DNA of 63,344 bases, filler included, from Choristocarpus tenellus KU-1152 (Eukaryota > Protista > Phaeophyceae): the NCBI GenBank assembly GCA_964200185.2. It is 11 parts of 11 records of this genome, joined end to end, with 100 filler letters (N's around TTAATTAATTAA, not from the genome) between each part and the next. Parts side by side here need not be neighbours in the genome. Positions count along the whole stretch, not along the records: positions 12,903 to 26,088 come from CAXNAD020001561.1; positions 26,189 to 30,064 come from CAXNAD020017438.1; 9 more parts are not named here. One strand, written 5' to 3'. The notes below the pieces were generated by a model. It saw only the letters and a program-made list of their open reading frames with translations. It searched no databases and was not told where the DNA came from. A program made the position numbers and the translations under genes. Positions 12,803 to 26,880 of this stretch are shown here, piece after piece (within the stretch, counting starts at the first letter, position 1; each line of letters opens with the position of its first letter).

Positions 12803-13217
12803 NNNNNNNNNNNNNNNNNNNNNNNNNNNNNNNNNNNNNNNNNNNNTTAATTAATTAANNNNNNNNNNNNNNNNNNNNNNNNNNNNNNNNNNNNNNNNNN
12901 NNACGCAATGTCTTATAGTATTCTTATGTTTAGGATATTTTATATACACATATGTATATAGTTTTCATTGGTTTCCCCCTACACATCTGCCTTGGTTTCC
13001 CCCTACACATCTGCAAAATGTCAGAGGGCATAATAATAAAATACACTAAAAACAGGCACCATATGTTCAGTCTTCCAACCTACACCCTACATAACTATTC
13101 CAGAAAACTGGAGTGAGAATAATAAATAGAAATACATACATCAAAGAATTCATAAAATAAATAATATTATAAGGGGTACCATTTTAAGGCAGATTTGTCT
13201 ATGTCAAACAGTACGTC

Positions 13218-13700
13218 TTATTTGCTAACATGCTTTATTGAGAGTTTATAGGTTATGGTTCTCATGGCAACACTATATCGTTCCACTGTGCCAACTTGTT
13301 TAATCTTGAATCCAGTTATCAAGTTCAGCACTTCGGCTTTCTGGGCCAAAGATAACCGTTCTTGTTCATCGCCATCACCTGACAGGCCCTCTTGCTTTCC
13401 CTTGCGCTTTGTCATCCTGGACAAGGCACTGCCCCTAACCTTGTTGGCGACACTTTCTTCCAAATCTGTAAATGGTTGGCGACAAGAAGGGTGTTTTCCA
13501 GTTGGCGGAGATGAAGTCCTTGGCACAAGAGTGTGCTGATCATCACTGGTGCCCTCCTCACTCTTCTCCTCTTTGGGGGAGTGGCAATCAAAGCACAGTC
13601 TCCTCAATCTCTCATCGTACCCGTCTGGATCCACGGTACCACAAATTCCATTAAGGTAGTTTTCACGCCAACATTTATACCCAGTGAAGTGTGGTGGTCT
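13218..13700 (-). mobile_element. pogo/CENP-B-like transposase N-terminal remnant
   Basis: RLSLAQKAEVLNLI..QVGTVERYSVAMRTI resembles a CENP-B_N/HTH_psq motif; a Cys-containing segment lies upstream. Confidence 0.5.
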
Positions 13701-14864
13701 CGTAGTGATGGCAGGAATGAGACAGCGGACTTTCCCTCCACACCACAAGGTCAATGTATGTAGGATGCACAGGGAAGGGCACTTGTTGGGTGCCTATGAC
13801 CAAAAACTGGATTCTCACTTCTCTTCAGATGTGTCCACAGGTCATTTATTCTGTACCCTAAATCATACGCCTTATTACCTGATATGTCTAATTGTATCAT
13901 ACCTTACTACTCTAATTAACAGTAAATATATTATTATGACATATTAGTAAATTGTCATTGTATAATTATATAATGGTGGAAAGTATTTAACGCCATCCTA
14001 GTATATCGAAACAAACTAGTCATTCAATTATACGAACATTACAAGAAATACATTTTCTGACATTCTCAAGATAATATATCTTGAAAATGTCGGTGATATA
14101 TTTTGTGGTTGTTACATCAACATATCCTCTGTATAAAAACGCAATAGTAGTACAGGACAAAAATATGGTTGTTTGTGAGTTACGTATGTGGAGTATATTA
14201 AGAATAAGAATTTCATCTTGAATCACAACTTGATCATAAACTAGCACATACCAGGGATCATCCCGTTCAAAGAATCGGTTGAATACGAGAATAGATGCAT
14301 CTACACAGTACCCCAAAATGCTTCAAGAGGAATTGATAGACCAATCAATCTATTATCTGTTGGTTCGTAAGACTTAGGAGGTATCATTATTTTTTCGAAT
14401 ATATTGAAGATCCAGCACTTCGAGAAAATGTTTTTTCCATTTTTGCAGGAACTTGGGAGCAGGAGTGTGTCTCACATCGAAGTTGACCTTACTTGCACGG
14501 GTTAGTTGGAGGAGAGAGGAGGGGTGTGATACGTGGAAGGTTTTCCCCAGTGCCTCTGAGTGCACCACTGGGGTCGGCTTTACCATAGCTCAAATCAACT
14601 GTTTCGCATTGAATCTGTCTCCCTCTTCTTCTTCGCTCTTCACCTGGACATTTATTGTTATTTGTTAAGCGGGTGGTTGTTCTTGGGACGGTTTTAAAGA
14701 GATCCTGCTTGTTCCTTCCTACACGAGATACACACACGGTCGCCTGTTCGCGACCTTCGATCTGCTTGGAATGCTAGTGAGGGACGAGGTGTGCCGTACA
14801 CGCGGTAGCCTTGTTGTTTCAGGGTCTGTCACCACCTAAGGAAGAAACTCTCCCCACCGGGGAC

Positions 14865-17800
14865 ATGACCGAAGGCGGTAATGAAGATCAAGCCTGTGGA
14901 TTGCGGGGTCAAATATCACAAGCTCTCACTGGTACGGATTTTTCAGATGATAGATCGTTTGATTTTTGGATGTAGGTCCACAAGTGTCACATGTTCACCA
15001 CATCTCCAATGCCAGTCACCATCTTGAAGATTGAAAGAATGCCTCAACTGCGTGTAAACTCCACCGTTCCTACCTGCGACCTCTAGCATATATTGAGATT
15101 GCTGTGGAGTTTTCATGTCACCTGCTGCATGCCTGATCTGGATCCTGCTCCTACACGAAGGATTAACTATTACCTTCGTTGTGATTCAAACCTTCGCTGG
15201 GCAGGTCGGATTTGTGACATTGCATTGAGCCACTATTTTTTCGTACGACTAATCCTTATTCCTCAATACAAACCTTGGTGGATGACCCAGGGACGGAGGA
15301 GATTGTCCCCTACCTCAGCCATCTGCGCACCCTATCTGAAGGAGAGTCTCTAAAGAGCTGCGGTGGTAGGAAAAGTGGGGTTACGAGTTTCGAAGACCAT
15401 GCACGGGGTGGGGAGGACGATCGTGTTTGCGTGGAAGCAGATCGTCAATTCATAATGACCATTCTTCTAGCCCACTTCTGTGCGGAGCATGATGCAACCC
15501 CACGGACATTTGTGGAACAGGTGAGTTAGAAAGGGGAAAGAGGTAGTGAGGGGTTTCAATCTGAGATGTTCCGTCGCTCAGATCATGTGCCACACACTGT
15601 ACCCCTATTCATTCCCCCAGTGTGTGACTCGCCGTGAACGTTAGGCTAAACTGACCACATCTCCTCAATCTTTGCGCCCCTGGCCTTCGATGCCCTGATT
15701 TGGCACAATACATGACGATTAGGTACTGCGTCTCTATGAGATCAATCTTCTGGATTCTGTGCAGTTTCTATTTGACTTTGGACTGGTTTCGAGGGAGGCA
15801 TTTCCGTTTTCATGTCTCCCCATGACGCGGTCTGATGAGGTGGCGGCAATGCGCCAGGGGATGGAAGAAACGGGGGGTGGTGCCCTGGCGTGCATGCAGG
15901 AGTTTGGGGAGGGAAATGGCAGTGGGTGGAGACCGAGGGCGCTGAGCACATCGAGGTCAGCTTTTCCCCATTTCCCCCTGATATCGAACAGTACAGGTTG
16001 CCTACTTTTAGGCAGGGTACTAGAAAACCTCTTTCTATTCTTCCTGTGGTTGTGATGTTGGACACCTTTGGTATGGAAAAGACTAATGGAAAGGTGATGT
16101 ATGTATCCAACTTTGGTGATCGATGCGGTCTCATCACCTGTTGTTGTCTCCTGCATGGTCACACTCTGTGAACTCAGATACCGCCGAGATTTCGATGATG
16201 AGAAGCTGATAGCTAGGGGAGCGTTTGGTGATGTCTTCAGCACTCGCCACCGTTTAGATGGAACCAGGTATGTTGAATGTAGTGGTCTTTGTATCTTTGT
16301 CAACTGTAGTAGACTTGAGATTCTCATCAGCCTACTGCCATGATATTTCTTATTCAAGGAACAATTAGTGCCTGGTCAGTTAACTCTTTTATTCTATGTA
16401 GCAGCTGTTTGCAGTCCCTGCAAGTCTGCTTTTTCTATTATTCACCAAATCAGTATTTAACACACAATGACCTTGCTTGAAGGTTTGTGTGCCAAAAAAA
16501 GACACTACCGGAAGCAAAGATGCGCTCTATAGAGGCTGTTCCAGCTGCCCAGCTGTCTGCACTATTTGTGTTCATCCTAGCCTTACCTACTCCGTGTAAG
16601 TCCTGTTTACCTCTCCCAACTATAATTTCATGCATGATGTGTACCTTCAGATACGCCATCAAGAAGGTTGAGTTTGCAGGTATGGGCATTGGGAGCCCCA
16701 GGGCCCAGACAGTGATGCGTGAGGTGATGAGTCTGGCCCAGCTGGATCATGTGAACGTTGTCCGTTACCACACTTCTTGGCTTGAGAGCACCTGGCTTGA
16801 GGAGGGCATGGGAAAAGGGAGCGGTATTGGTGGTGATCAGGGCTTTGAAGGGAAGGCAGGCACAACAGCGGGAAACTTTCCCTTCGGGGTGAAGCCGGCC
16901 CTGAGCTTGTCCGGCTTAGAAGCCAATGCCACAAACCATGCACTTGTCCCTGCCCAACCTCAACTGAAAGATGCCCCCAACAAGGATGGTAACCAAGTAG
17001 GACCAGGAGCTGGATCTCTAAAGTGGGGAGTGAGCTTGGGATGGCTTGGTGCACAACAAAGGGGCCGTGCTCGTGGCAGAGCGGGTAGAGGAGGCAAAGG
17101 TCGTAGTGAATTCAGGGGAACTCGTAGGGGGGGCCGGGGGGCCTTTGGTGTAACCAGTGCCGCTCGGTTAGTGGTGGAAGAGGGAGAGAGTGATATGAGT
17201 GAGTGGAGTGAGGTTTCGAACAGTAGAGAAGGTACTGGTGGTGACAACAGTGTTGGTGACAGCACATGTGATGGAGTTGGTGGTAATGGGTGCCACAGAA
17301 CAACGGAGGTCAGGGGTTTCCGAGGAGGCACCGCAGTGTGTGGCGGGCGTTGGTGGAGCCGGCCACCAGGGCACCAGCGAGGTCCCTCCATTGACCTGGA
17401 TGATGTGGTGTCTTTTGGACCTGGAAGCAGTGATGGAGATAACAGCAAGGAGAATGGTGTGTGCCGAGGTTGGGCGGACACGTTTGATAAGTGCCGGGGA
17501 TGGGACTCGGAGAGCAGTGGAGTAAATGATGACTGTTCTATTGAAAGGGATGCTCATGAGGGTCGTGAAGAGAATCAAGGGGGTTTCTGTGGAGTTGAGC
17601 ATGGAGGTGAGGATACAGGTTTGGGTCAGGGTGCTCAGGAACGTCCAGGGTGGGATCAAGGAGCAGCTTTAACAGGACTTACCCAATACCCAGTTACACT
17701 CTATATCCAGATGATGCTGTGCCATGGGGACACCCTCAAAGATTGGATTCGGAAGCGTAATGCCCGCCTCTCAGACGCCCAGGGGAGGAAAGCAGAGGCC

Positions 17801-19896
17801 TTGAGAAAGGCGTTTCATGTGGCATCAAGTTCTATTAGACGTGAGGAAGTACCTGTTGCTGCGGTGGTCCCAGTGATGATGTCGGGCTTTGGTGGGGATA
17901 CTCCCCCATTGGTGTCCCAGTCTGCATCAGAATGCTCAAGTTCTGCTAGTGAGTTGGAACAAGTAGCAGTAGAGATAAATCTCAAGGGGGAAGGCAACTC
18001 TCTGAGAAGTTCACCCAGGACAGAACCTGCTTCATCGGGATCCTCTGTTGAGCTTGAGCCTCTTGCTTCACTAGCAATGCTTCATGAGTCTGGAATTCTG
18101 AAACCACCATTAGTAGGTCCTGGTGTGTCAGATATTATTGCAGAACAGGCAGAAGAGATAGACACAGTGGAGGTTGCAGCTGTAGTGGCGACCCCAACCT
18201 TAGAGGTGGAGGCGGTGAGGGTGACTGAGGAAGTGGGGGGTTTCCAGGTTGACCTTGAGGAGGCAATATCGATGTTCAGGCAGCTGGTGGAAGGTGTTGC
18301 TCACATCCACTCAAAGGCGATTATTCACCGAGATCTCAAGGTAATCAATTGCATCTGCAAACTAAAAGTTTCTCCTTCTGTGACTTGCTGTATTTCCTCT
18401 GTCTTGAATGAAGAGTGTTTGTTGGTCGTTCCTGTGTCGCCTGTGTGTACTTGCTTATGTACGATGAGCTCACCATTTGATTGTCTGGAATAGTTTTAGT
18501 AAGAAATCCATGTCTAGTACTTCCTTAATCCCTTCCCCCTCTCCTTTCCCCTGGGCCCTGTTATTTGTTCTTCCACCCTAGCCGGAAAATATATTCATGG
18601 TTGGGGAATCAGGCTGTCTCAAGATAGGAGATTTTGGTCTATCAACAACAAAGGAGACAGGAAATGGGGAGGCTAGTATGACACCACCAGCGCCACCATC
18701 CACCAACAATCCTAGCTCCGTGGTAGGTGCAGTGGTGGTCTCTAGCATCCGTAAGGACAGTAGGGTTAATGGTGATATCAACAGCCAAAAAGGGATGCGC
18801 AACAGCAGAAACTTTGATGGGCTGGATGGTGACCGGTTCAGCCCCAGGACTGGAAGCGGACACAGTGGTGGATGTGGTCATACTACTGGAGTGGGAACAG
18901 CGAGCTATGCTTCTCCAGAACAATTGGAGGGTCGCTGTTATGGAGTTGAGGCAGACATGTTCTCATTGGGGTTGATGCTGCTGGAGTTGTGTTGCTGCTT
19001 CAACACAGTCCATGAGCGCTCCGATGCCTTCCAGGCACTACGTGCTGGGTCACCCCCTGAGGATCTAAAAGAGCGGGATTCTGAGTTGGCAGCACTAGCA
19101 AAGAGGCTTTGCAACGTGAATGCTCTTGAGCGGCCGTCAGCGCAAGAGGTTTTGGCAGAGCTTGATGCCCGTGTGGCGTGCGATGGGATCAGGGATGGTG
19201 AGGAGAGTTCAAGGGCAAGCTTGGAGGAAGAACTGGCGGAGAGGAACAGGCTTATTGAGGAGAAAGTGAGAGCGTTTTAATAGTGTTCCTTGTTTATTTT
19301 TGATTAAATGCGTTGATTGGAGGGGGGCTGGTCTTGCAACAGTTAGCCTCTATTATGTTGCAGGAGTGATTTTGTGGAATCTACTACATTGCTGAGGGCT
19401 CAAAATTCAACTACCCAAGGATTTTATCACTGAGTTTCATTGTTGACACTGGATAGAACACCTACCCATCTCACAGTGTGATACAATATTGGTTTCACTT
19501 TAAGATGGCTACTCCTATGTAACATGTAGTGCCTTCCCCCTCCCCTGCTCCATTCATGCCATTGCGATGATGTCATATGTGCAGGATGAGCTAATTGATG
19601 CCCTTAAACGCAAGATTACTGAGCTCTCCCGGCACACCTCTCCTGCCCTTGAGCCCCTATCTGTATCTGAGGATAACTTGGACATGGAGCAACTGGGTCT
19701 AGACCTAGCTTCCCTTCTACCACAGAATGGTGCTTCCTCCCCGATGCGCACTTCAGATGATGCATTTCTGAAGAGGCCAAGGGGGCAGACTCGGGGTCAT
19801 CCACAGACTTGCTCAAATGTGACAGAAGGATATCGGGCCCCCAGACCTAGGCGTAAAGAGTCAGTAGAGGAACTCTGCCTTGCTCTGGGGGGTTAG
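14865..19896 (+). CDS. eIF2-alpha kinase, HRI/EIF2AK1-like, about 1100 aa; proposed exons 14865-14931, 15291-15520, 15723-15955, 16178-16267, 16651-18340, 18582-19265, 19585-19896
   Basis: Spliced at phase-compatible GT-AG sites, the exons give SRYRRDF..IARGAFGDV, YAIKKV, REVMSLAQLDHVNVVRYHTSWLE, a long insert, LYIQMMLC, IIHRDLK|PENIF, KIGDFGLS, HTTGVGTASYASPEQ and ADMFSLGLMLLEL, the eIF2-alpha kinase signature set. The N-terminal ILLAHFCAEHDATPRTFVEQ..SDEVAAMR segment resembles the HRI N-terminus. Exon 1 is the least certain. Confidence 0.92.
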
Positions 19897-22800
19897 AGTA
19901 GGGACTAGGTGTTACATGGGTGCTGGCAAAGGTGTCAGCAGCTGACAGAAGAAGTGCAGTGTTATAGGAACAATTTTTTTGTGATGTGAGTGTTTGTGTG
20001 GAGGGTGTGTGTGGAGGGGGGGCTCTGAGTCACTCTAGTCCAGTCTGTTTTGCAAAGAGGATTGATGTTTTTTATTTTGTTATTTGTTTGGGTTTGGTTT
20101 GTTTCTCTTTTTTAGGTAGTGAATCAAATTCATCTTCTCAGGTATCGAATCAAATATTGTGGTGATTCTTTGGGTGTTTCTTTTTTGTGTGATCCTTGTG
20201 TGTTATCTGGACGGAGTGTGTTGTGTGTTGAGGCATGGAAGGGGGTATGAGGCAATGGTGTGGATGATGACATGTCTTACGAGGTGGGGGATTGGGAGGG
20301 TGGAGGAACGGAAGGGCATGGAAGAAGGGTTAAGCGTCTTGTGTGAAGTTTGAGGATGTTAGTGCAGGCTGAGACCTGGACAGGGGGGGGGTTGTTAGTT
20401 GAATGTGATGTTTTCTTGTAGGTTTGGATCTGTATAGAGGAAAATGGAGAGCATTGGGGGGGTATGGACACAACTGAAGTAGGGGGGTGGGGGAGGAGGG
20501 GGGGCAGAGAGAGGAATGCATATGTGTGGAAGTTGTAATGATGGGCTCACCTCTATGAATTGAATGAATACCATGCTCTCCTCAGGAGAAAAACATGAAA
20601 AAATTCATATATAAATAAACGTAGCTGGGGGAAAAGAGGAGAAGTGTCGAATAGGAGAGAGATCACTGAGGGGAGCTTTTTGAGGGAGATTCCAGGCGTC
20701 AAGGGGTGGGGGTTAGGTGGAGAATGAATGATACCCTTTGTTGTACACAGCTGTTGGAAGTTGTAACATTGAGCTGAGTTTTTTCTGTGAAGGAGGTACT
20801 CTGTGCAACCTATGGGGTACTGGTTAGTGCCAGCCCCCTGGGCATGAGACATTCCTGTGGGCAAGGAATGCGTGTGGTCATAGAGGCACATGTCGTTGTC
20901 CTTGGTGCCCCCATTGGGGGTGGGGTTTTTTGTGTGGAGGGGTGTGGGTACGTATGAGACTTAAAGTAGGATTGCGGACCAATTGCTGCTGCTATAAGAG
21001 TGTCACCTTCTAGTGATGTTCAACTGTGTTCCACACAGGTGGTGTTTTGAGGCATTTCCTATGAGTTTTTCGTTTTCAAATCCTCTTACCCTGAGATTTG
21101 GGTTTGTGTGTGGTGCATGAGCATGGAAATGAAGGGGGAGGATGGGGCGGGGAGGGGCATAGGGAGGGCATATGCAAATTGGATGTGAGTGGGCTTGATG
21201 TTGATGTTAAATTGTTGCGATAGCTTGCTTGGAAATTTTTATTGGGATGGAAGGGTCTGCTTTAACAAGCGCCTTCGTTCCTTGGGATTTGAGGGGGTAG
21301 AGGAGTTCAGCACCTTGGGCTGTAGTTGATGGGGTGACTCCTCGCGCGGTGTATGCGTTTGGGTGTGGGGGGGGGGGGGACGGGCGGCGCGTGGGGCTGG
21401 GGGTGGGGGGGGGGCCGGGGGGGGGGGGGGGGGGAGAGGTTGGTTCAACACATGTTTGTGCAGTGTTGTGAAGAACCGTACAATACTGATCCCACTGGTG
21501 GAGGGTCGTGGTGGAACATGCACCACTTTTTCGTGCTTCATGATGTATGCTTCACCTGACTTGCTTTTGATATTTTTACAGGTGTAGGTGTGCAGTGTTT
21601 TTTGTTGTGTGATTATGCCTCGAAGCGTACCTGTCAACACTCTTTTTTCCAGCAGGCAATGGGGCAAGCATGTCTCAGGACTTGGAGGGGACATTTTATG
21701 CATGCCTAGGTGTTGTGTACTTTTTAGTCAGCCCGCATGCTCCCCTCTATTTTTGGTGTCAACTATGATCTGCTATCAGGAGTGGATGGGTGTGATGGTT
21801 GATGAAAGAGCAGAGCAAAGGAGTGTGTTCTTGTTGTGGGTGTGAGCCTAAGATAGGTGATTTATTTGGTAGACTGTGTGCCAACTATGCACATGCCAGT
21901 CACAAACTGGAGCTGGCTGCAAGAGGGGGTCAAGCCAATATGCAGAGGCAGATTAGATTGGTAGTTTCAGAGGAGAGAGGGATGAGGAAATAAACCACAG
22001 ACTTACGTATTGTGCTGGGTTGAGTACTTGGGGTGTGAATAGAGAGGATGTGCACGTCTTGGGAGGGGAAGATAGGACGTGGTGACAGCAGGGAAGGAGA
22101 GCAGGGTGAGGGCGGCACAGGAAAAGGATGTGAAAAAATGGGGACAAATAATCAGATTTTTTTGCTGTCATGCAATGTGTGCTTGCTCACCTCGGACTCT
22201 GTGGACCACAAAGAATGTGGGGAAGGAGCAGTGCCATGCATGAGAACAAAAAGTACAAGAATGTCTCGTGTAAAGATAATAATAAAAACTATAAAAATAA
22301 TTTTGCTTCATGATTCTTTCTCCTCATTTTGTTTTGGCATTATAGATGTGGTTGTAGTGTCGTAACTTCTGTACATAGAACTATACTTTATAGTATTTCA
22401 TTTATGTAGCACGAAGTAGTAAATGTGTCTGTGGCTTGCTCTGTGCATGTGATAGTTGTCTCCTTTTATGTGATGCTGTCCCTGACAAACGATATGGCTT
22501 GTTGTTTCACAATAGTGACTTGTACAACACCAGGAATCAGGAGTATCAAGGGTGTGTACCTGGTGAAACCTCATGCTCACCCCTCATTTATTAAACCATT
22601 TATTGTTTTCTTATTAATTGGAAGGTTAACAAAGGGTGCATGAGTAGTTCCACAACAAGAACATTGCATAATCGTTGTTTTATTTTTTATATAGTAGGTA
22701 CAGTGTAGTTATCTCCTACATTAAAAAAGGTACTACCTTATATGGCATAACAAACAGTTGCATAGTTATTTGACAAACAGAAGTACATCCATCAGAGAGA

Positions 22801-23078
22801 TGGAATATGCATAGCATTCATGTATCCACCCATCCTTGTATGATTCTTTGGGCTAACTAGAGGTCTCTGTGTGGTGCCACCTTCACACCACCTGATCTTC
22901 TGTATTGGGGGCACCGAGAGAAGTCCTTTTTATTCTTATATTTTTCTCATTTACCAAGTGTCCTTCCATGATGATACTATTCTACTACTACGTAATATTA
23001 TATTATTGATTGCAACCAAAGATTGGGATAAACATTACTTTTTATCAACAGTGTTAGTAGTATTAGTATTAGTAGTAA

Positions 23079-23079
<1 letters not shown>

Positions 23080-23125
<46 letters not shown>
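23080..23125. repeat. (GTA)n microsatellite
   Basis: Direct reading. Confidence 0.95.
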
Positions 23126-24000
23126 ACAGGAGAAGTGCCTATTTCTTGTCTTTTATTATCCCCTGAGCGGAGGTCAAGGCTTGTTGATGTTTTCGTTGAT
23201 GTCTCCATGTCACATTTTTGTTGGAGCTTCTTTGTCTCTAATTCTGCGTGTAATACATGGTGGAAGAATATTCAGATACACCTCACTTCCTCCCTCTATA
23301 TTTCTATTATTATGTTTGTCTGTGCCTGTCATGCCGTATGTGCTGTTCAGGCAGTCACAGTGCTGTGGGCTGGCCATGCCTGCCCAAGTACCAAAGAACT
23401 CCCTGAGAATGCAGTGGAATATCGCTTACTGAAGAGAAGGGCCCGACTCTCTGCGACCTTCTTGAGAAAATCCCAATCTTGATCTTCCCTCTCAGCCACC
23501 TAGGTGTTCACAGTGACAGGACACAGGTTATGCATTGAAGTCTGTGATATGCTGCCCTTTCGAAAGTGACCATGGAAGGAGTGGCAGATCGCACTGATAC
23601 TTTTGAGTATGTGGTCCTTTCATTGTATTCTGCACCTACCTGCCTGCCTGTGTGTCTGCTAACCAAGGGGATCATGTGCTTGCTGTTGGGATTAGGTCAC
23701 TATCTTCATTATTGACAAGTTCAAATATTCTGTCATACTGCATACAAGTATCAACAGCAGCCTCTGTATATACTGTTCCATCAAGTTACGTTTCCATTAC
23801 GTCATAGGTAGTGGCATAGACCTTGAGTAGTGCGCGCACATCAGTAGTAGTAGGTACGTACTGTTTGAGGAGAACAAAATTGTGGAGTAGGAGAAGGAGA
23901 TCACCTGGCTCTGAGTAACCCTCCATCCAATTTTTTGTTCTATAAATATGTATGTATATAATATATGCCATGAAGAGGATGACAAATACCATGTTCAACT

Positions 24001-24261
24001 GAGCTAAAGTAAAAGAGAGGTACCTAGGCTTTGGTCGTTTGGTGTTTCAAGCAACTTTTTTCATCTCTTAATATTCAGTCTTATTTATATGGATGAAGCG
24101 CTAAGATTGACTTGGTCATGTTGATTTCCCCTGTCGTTAGTAAGATTTCAATAGAATTATGAAAATTCACAACACAAATTCGTACAAAAAACGGGTTTTG
24201 CACTTTTTTTTGTCGTCGTCCTTACAATGGAACCATGGGTACCTCTCGTTTACTTTGACTC
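24001..24261. mobile_element. MITE family C, 3-bp TSD ACT
   Basis: ACT|GAGCTAAAGTAAAAGAGAGGTACC ... GGTACCTCTCGTTTACTTTGACTC|ACT. Confidence 0.85.
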
Positions 24262-25957
24262 ACTGGTTTCCACGTAACACTATCTATGACACTTTTTTGC
24301 CTCTCGGTATGTGAGACATTGATACAGCAAACCCAGGTGCCCTAGACCTCAAGATTTCAGGGCCAGCATCAGTTCTTCCTTCGAATTCATAACTTTGCAC
24401 ATTCTTTCCTTTCTGGCACTGATCTGCACTTTAACACACATTGCTGTACATGCATGTCATCATTTGAATGTTAGACTTAAGGTTCCCCTTTTCTTTGTAG
24501 GAAACTTGCCGCCAAGGAATGGTATAGGTGAGGATGGAAGACTCAATTATCATTTTCCTTCACTTTTCTCCTCTGCTTTGACACAGGATTCAAACGCAAG
24601 GGGGTATTGACTGTGTACTGCTGTTTCACCCCCCATTTACCCTGTTATTTGAGGTTTAAACATCTGCACTGTGTACCGTAATGTTTCTTTCCCCCTTGGT
24701 GGTCACATTTCTAATCCTAACTCATGAAGATTCGTTTAATTTAAAATGTGTTATATTGTTTTGTAGGTGTGTTCCAGGCTATTTGCATAGTACCGGAAGA
24801 TGATATATACATACATATATATATAATACAGATGAGCAAAGCCTACCCATTACAAGAAGAAGCGCACATTACACTCCCTGTCGTGCCTGGGACATGGTTT
24901 GTGTATGAATTATGTATTGTTTGGCATGGTGATTATTTTAAAGGTGTGCACGACTCAAGAACTATGTGGCATTCTTTTCAAATAGTGAACTTCTACTATG
25001 CATACTGGAAAAGAGGGTATATTCCCCTTTCATTCCTCTCAAGTATGAGAGAGCTCTCTCGAGGAGATTGTAGTGCCTCATCAACGTCATATCTAAATTA
25101 TTGCTACTTGACATCTAGTGCATAGTCCTACCCTAAACACACCCTTTACAGACAATTGTACTACAACGAAGAATCAAGTTCTCTATACCTAAAAGAATTA
25201 AGTTATTTTGCACATTGAATTCCCTCACTGATCTTGTAAAGCCCAGAGCTAAGACCGCTTTTCTAAATTTTGTTTATGTGTATTCCTGGGACATGGTTCA
25301 TCGAGAGTCAACAGGGAAGGATCAGCACTACTCTATTGTACTAACACCCGTACTACGTGCTGAAATCCACGTGCTCTCGTAGTCACTTTCAGGCAGGGAT
25401 GGGTGTTCGAAATCTAGGACACTCGATTTCTCAGGATTTTGAGGCTCTGCTGCTTGGTTCATTTTTTGTTGGTGGGAATGATTATTATACAACAAGGAAA
25501 CCTACCACTACTGTCTACAATTTTCTGATTTTCATCCATGGCTTGTTTCTGCTCAACTACTGTAAACAACGCCTCCTCTGCATGTGTGAACCACCCTCTG
25601 GATCATTAGCACATTTTTTCCCCTGCCATAACGGGAAAATTGATCTACTTGCTCCTTGTGACTGAGCAAGCACAATGAGGCGCGAGAGGACTCCCATAGC
25701 ATGGTTTTGAATGTCGACATCTACGCCTGCGCAACAAGACAAGTGTCCGTCTTGATTGTATTCATGGAGTATCCAGCCCAGAAAACCTCAATAAAAAAAG
25801 GAAACTATGATATCTAGCTATTGGATTTGAAGTCTTGTCGCCACACCCAAAGCAAAACAAACGGAGGGGGAGGGGGGGAGAGAGAGAGAGAGAGAGAGAG
25901 AGAGGGTGCTTTGACAAGGATCTTTCTCGACACATTTTAGCTTGTCGAATTCTTGTT

Positions 25958-26088
25958 AAGCGAAAGTATCTTAGAGGGTACCAGTTTTGCCCTGTTTGTC
26001 CACTCCAAAATGTTTCGGAGTAGGTAAAATATGTACCTTCTGAAAAGGTGTGTCCAGAACAAGGATATTGACACTTACTAACAAACAC
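25958..26088. mobile_element. MITE family B, truncated by contig end
   Basis: AAGCGAAAGTATCTTAGAGGGTACCAGTTTTGCCCTGTTTGTCC followed by family B body. Confidence 0.8.
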
Positions 26089-26553
26089 NNNNNNNNNNNN
26101 NNNNNNNNNNNNNNNNNNNNNNNNNNNNNNNNTTAATTAATTAANNNNNNNNNNNNNNNNNNNNNNNNNNNNNNNNNNNNNNNNNNNNCTCATAACCTAT
26201 GTCAGAACCTGTGCAATTTACCTTGGGAGGTAATGCTATTTATCAGTAGTGAAGACAAGAAGGTGTGAAGCCTCACACGGTTCCCCATTGCTCAACGTGA
26301 TTACATGGTTGAAATTAGAATAGTGACCATTGTGGGGTGTCTTTTCATTGCTTGTTTTATTATTATTTGTGCTTCCTACCTAAGTCAAAGGGTATGTCAA
26401 AGTAGTTGAATGCAGAATAATATAACCACTACATATTCCCATTCATAATCCTGATGTACTTTCTCATTAGTTACATCACATGGACTCATTCAAAATGATA
26501 ATCTCTCATATGCAAAATAAGGTACACCTCAAAATTGTCCTATTTTGCACAGC

Positions 26554-26880
26554 GCTGTCAAAGGTGGTGTCACCAACGTTTTCACATTCGATGCCCTGTA
26601 TTTATTACCTTTACAACCATGTATACACCAGCTGTCAATGGCGGTGTCACCAACATTTTCACATTTGATGCCCTGTATTTATTACATTTACAACCATGTA
26701 CACGCCAGCTGTCAATGGTGGTGTCACCAACGTTTTCACATTTGATGCCCTTTATTAATTACCTTTACAACCATGTACACACCAGCTGTCAAATGTGGTG
26801 TCACCAACGTTTTCAAAATTTATGCCCTGTATTTACTACCTTTTCAACAGTGTACACACCAGCTGTCAATGGTGGTGTTA
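26554..26880. repeat. 77-bp tandem repeat, about 4.3 units
   Basis: GCTGTCA recurs at 26554, 26631, 26708, 26785 and 26862. Confidence 0.95.

Noticed and set aside
14020-14737. Possible divergent gene upstream of the kinase
   Set aside because: Splice-like sites exist, but I could not build a phase-consistent open frame or recognise a domain.
16659-17997. Several long antisense or alternative-frame ORFs
   Set aside because: Shadows of the large GC-rich kinase exon.
22871-23482. 203-aa ORF with poly-Val
   Set aside because: The poly-Val comes from a (GTA)n microsatellite; no recognisable domain.
25355-25425. tRNA-like fragment (GGGTGTTCGAAATC)
   Set aside because: Only a B-box-like motif; no stems can be formed.
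26554-26880. CRISPR-like repeat-spacer array (77-nt period)
   Set aside because: The whole unit is conserved; there is no variable spacer.
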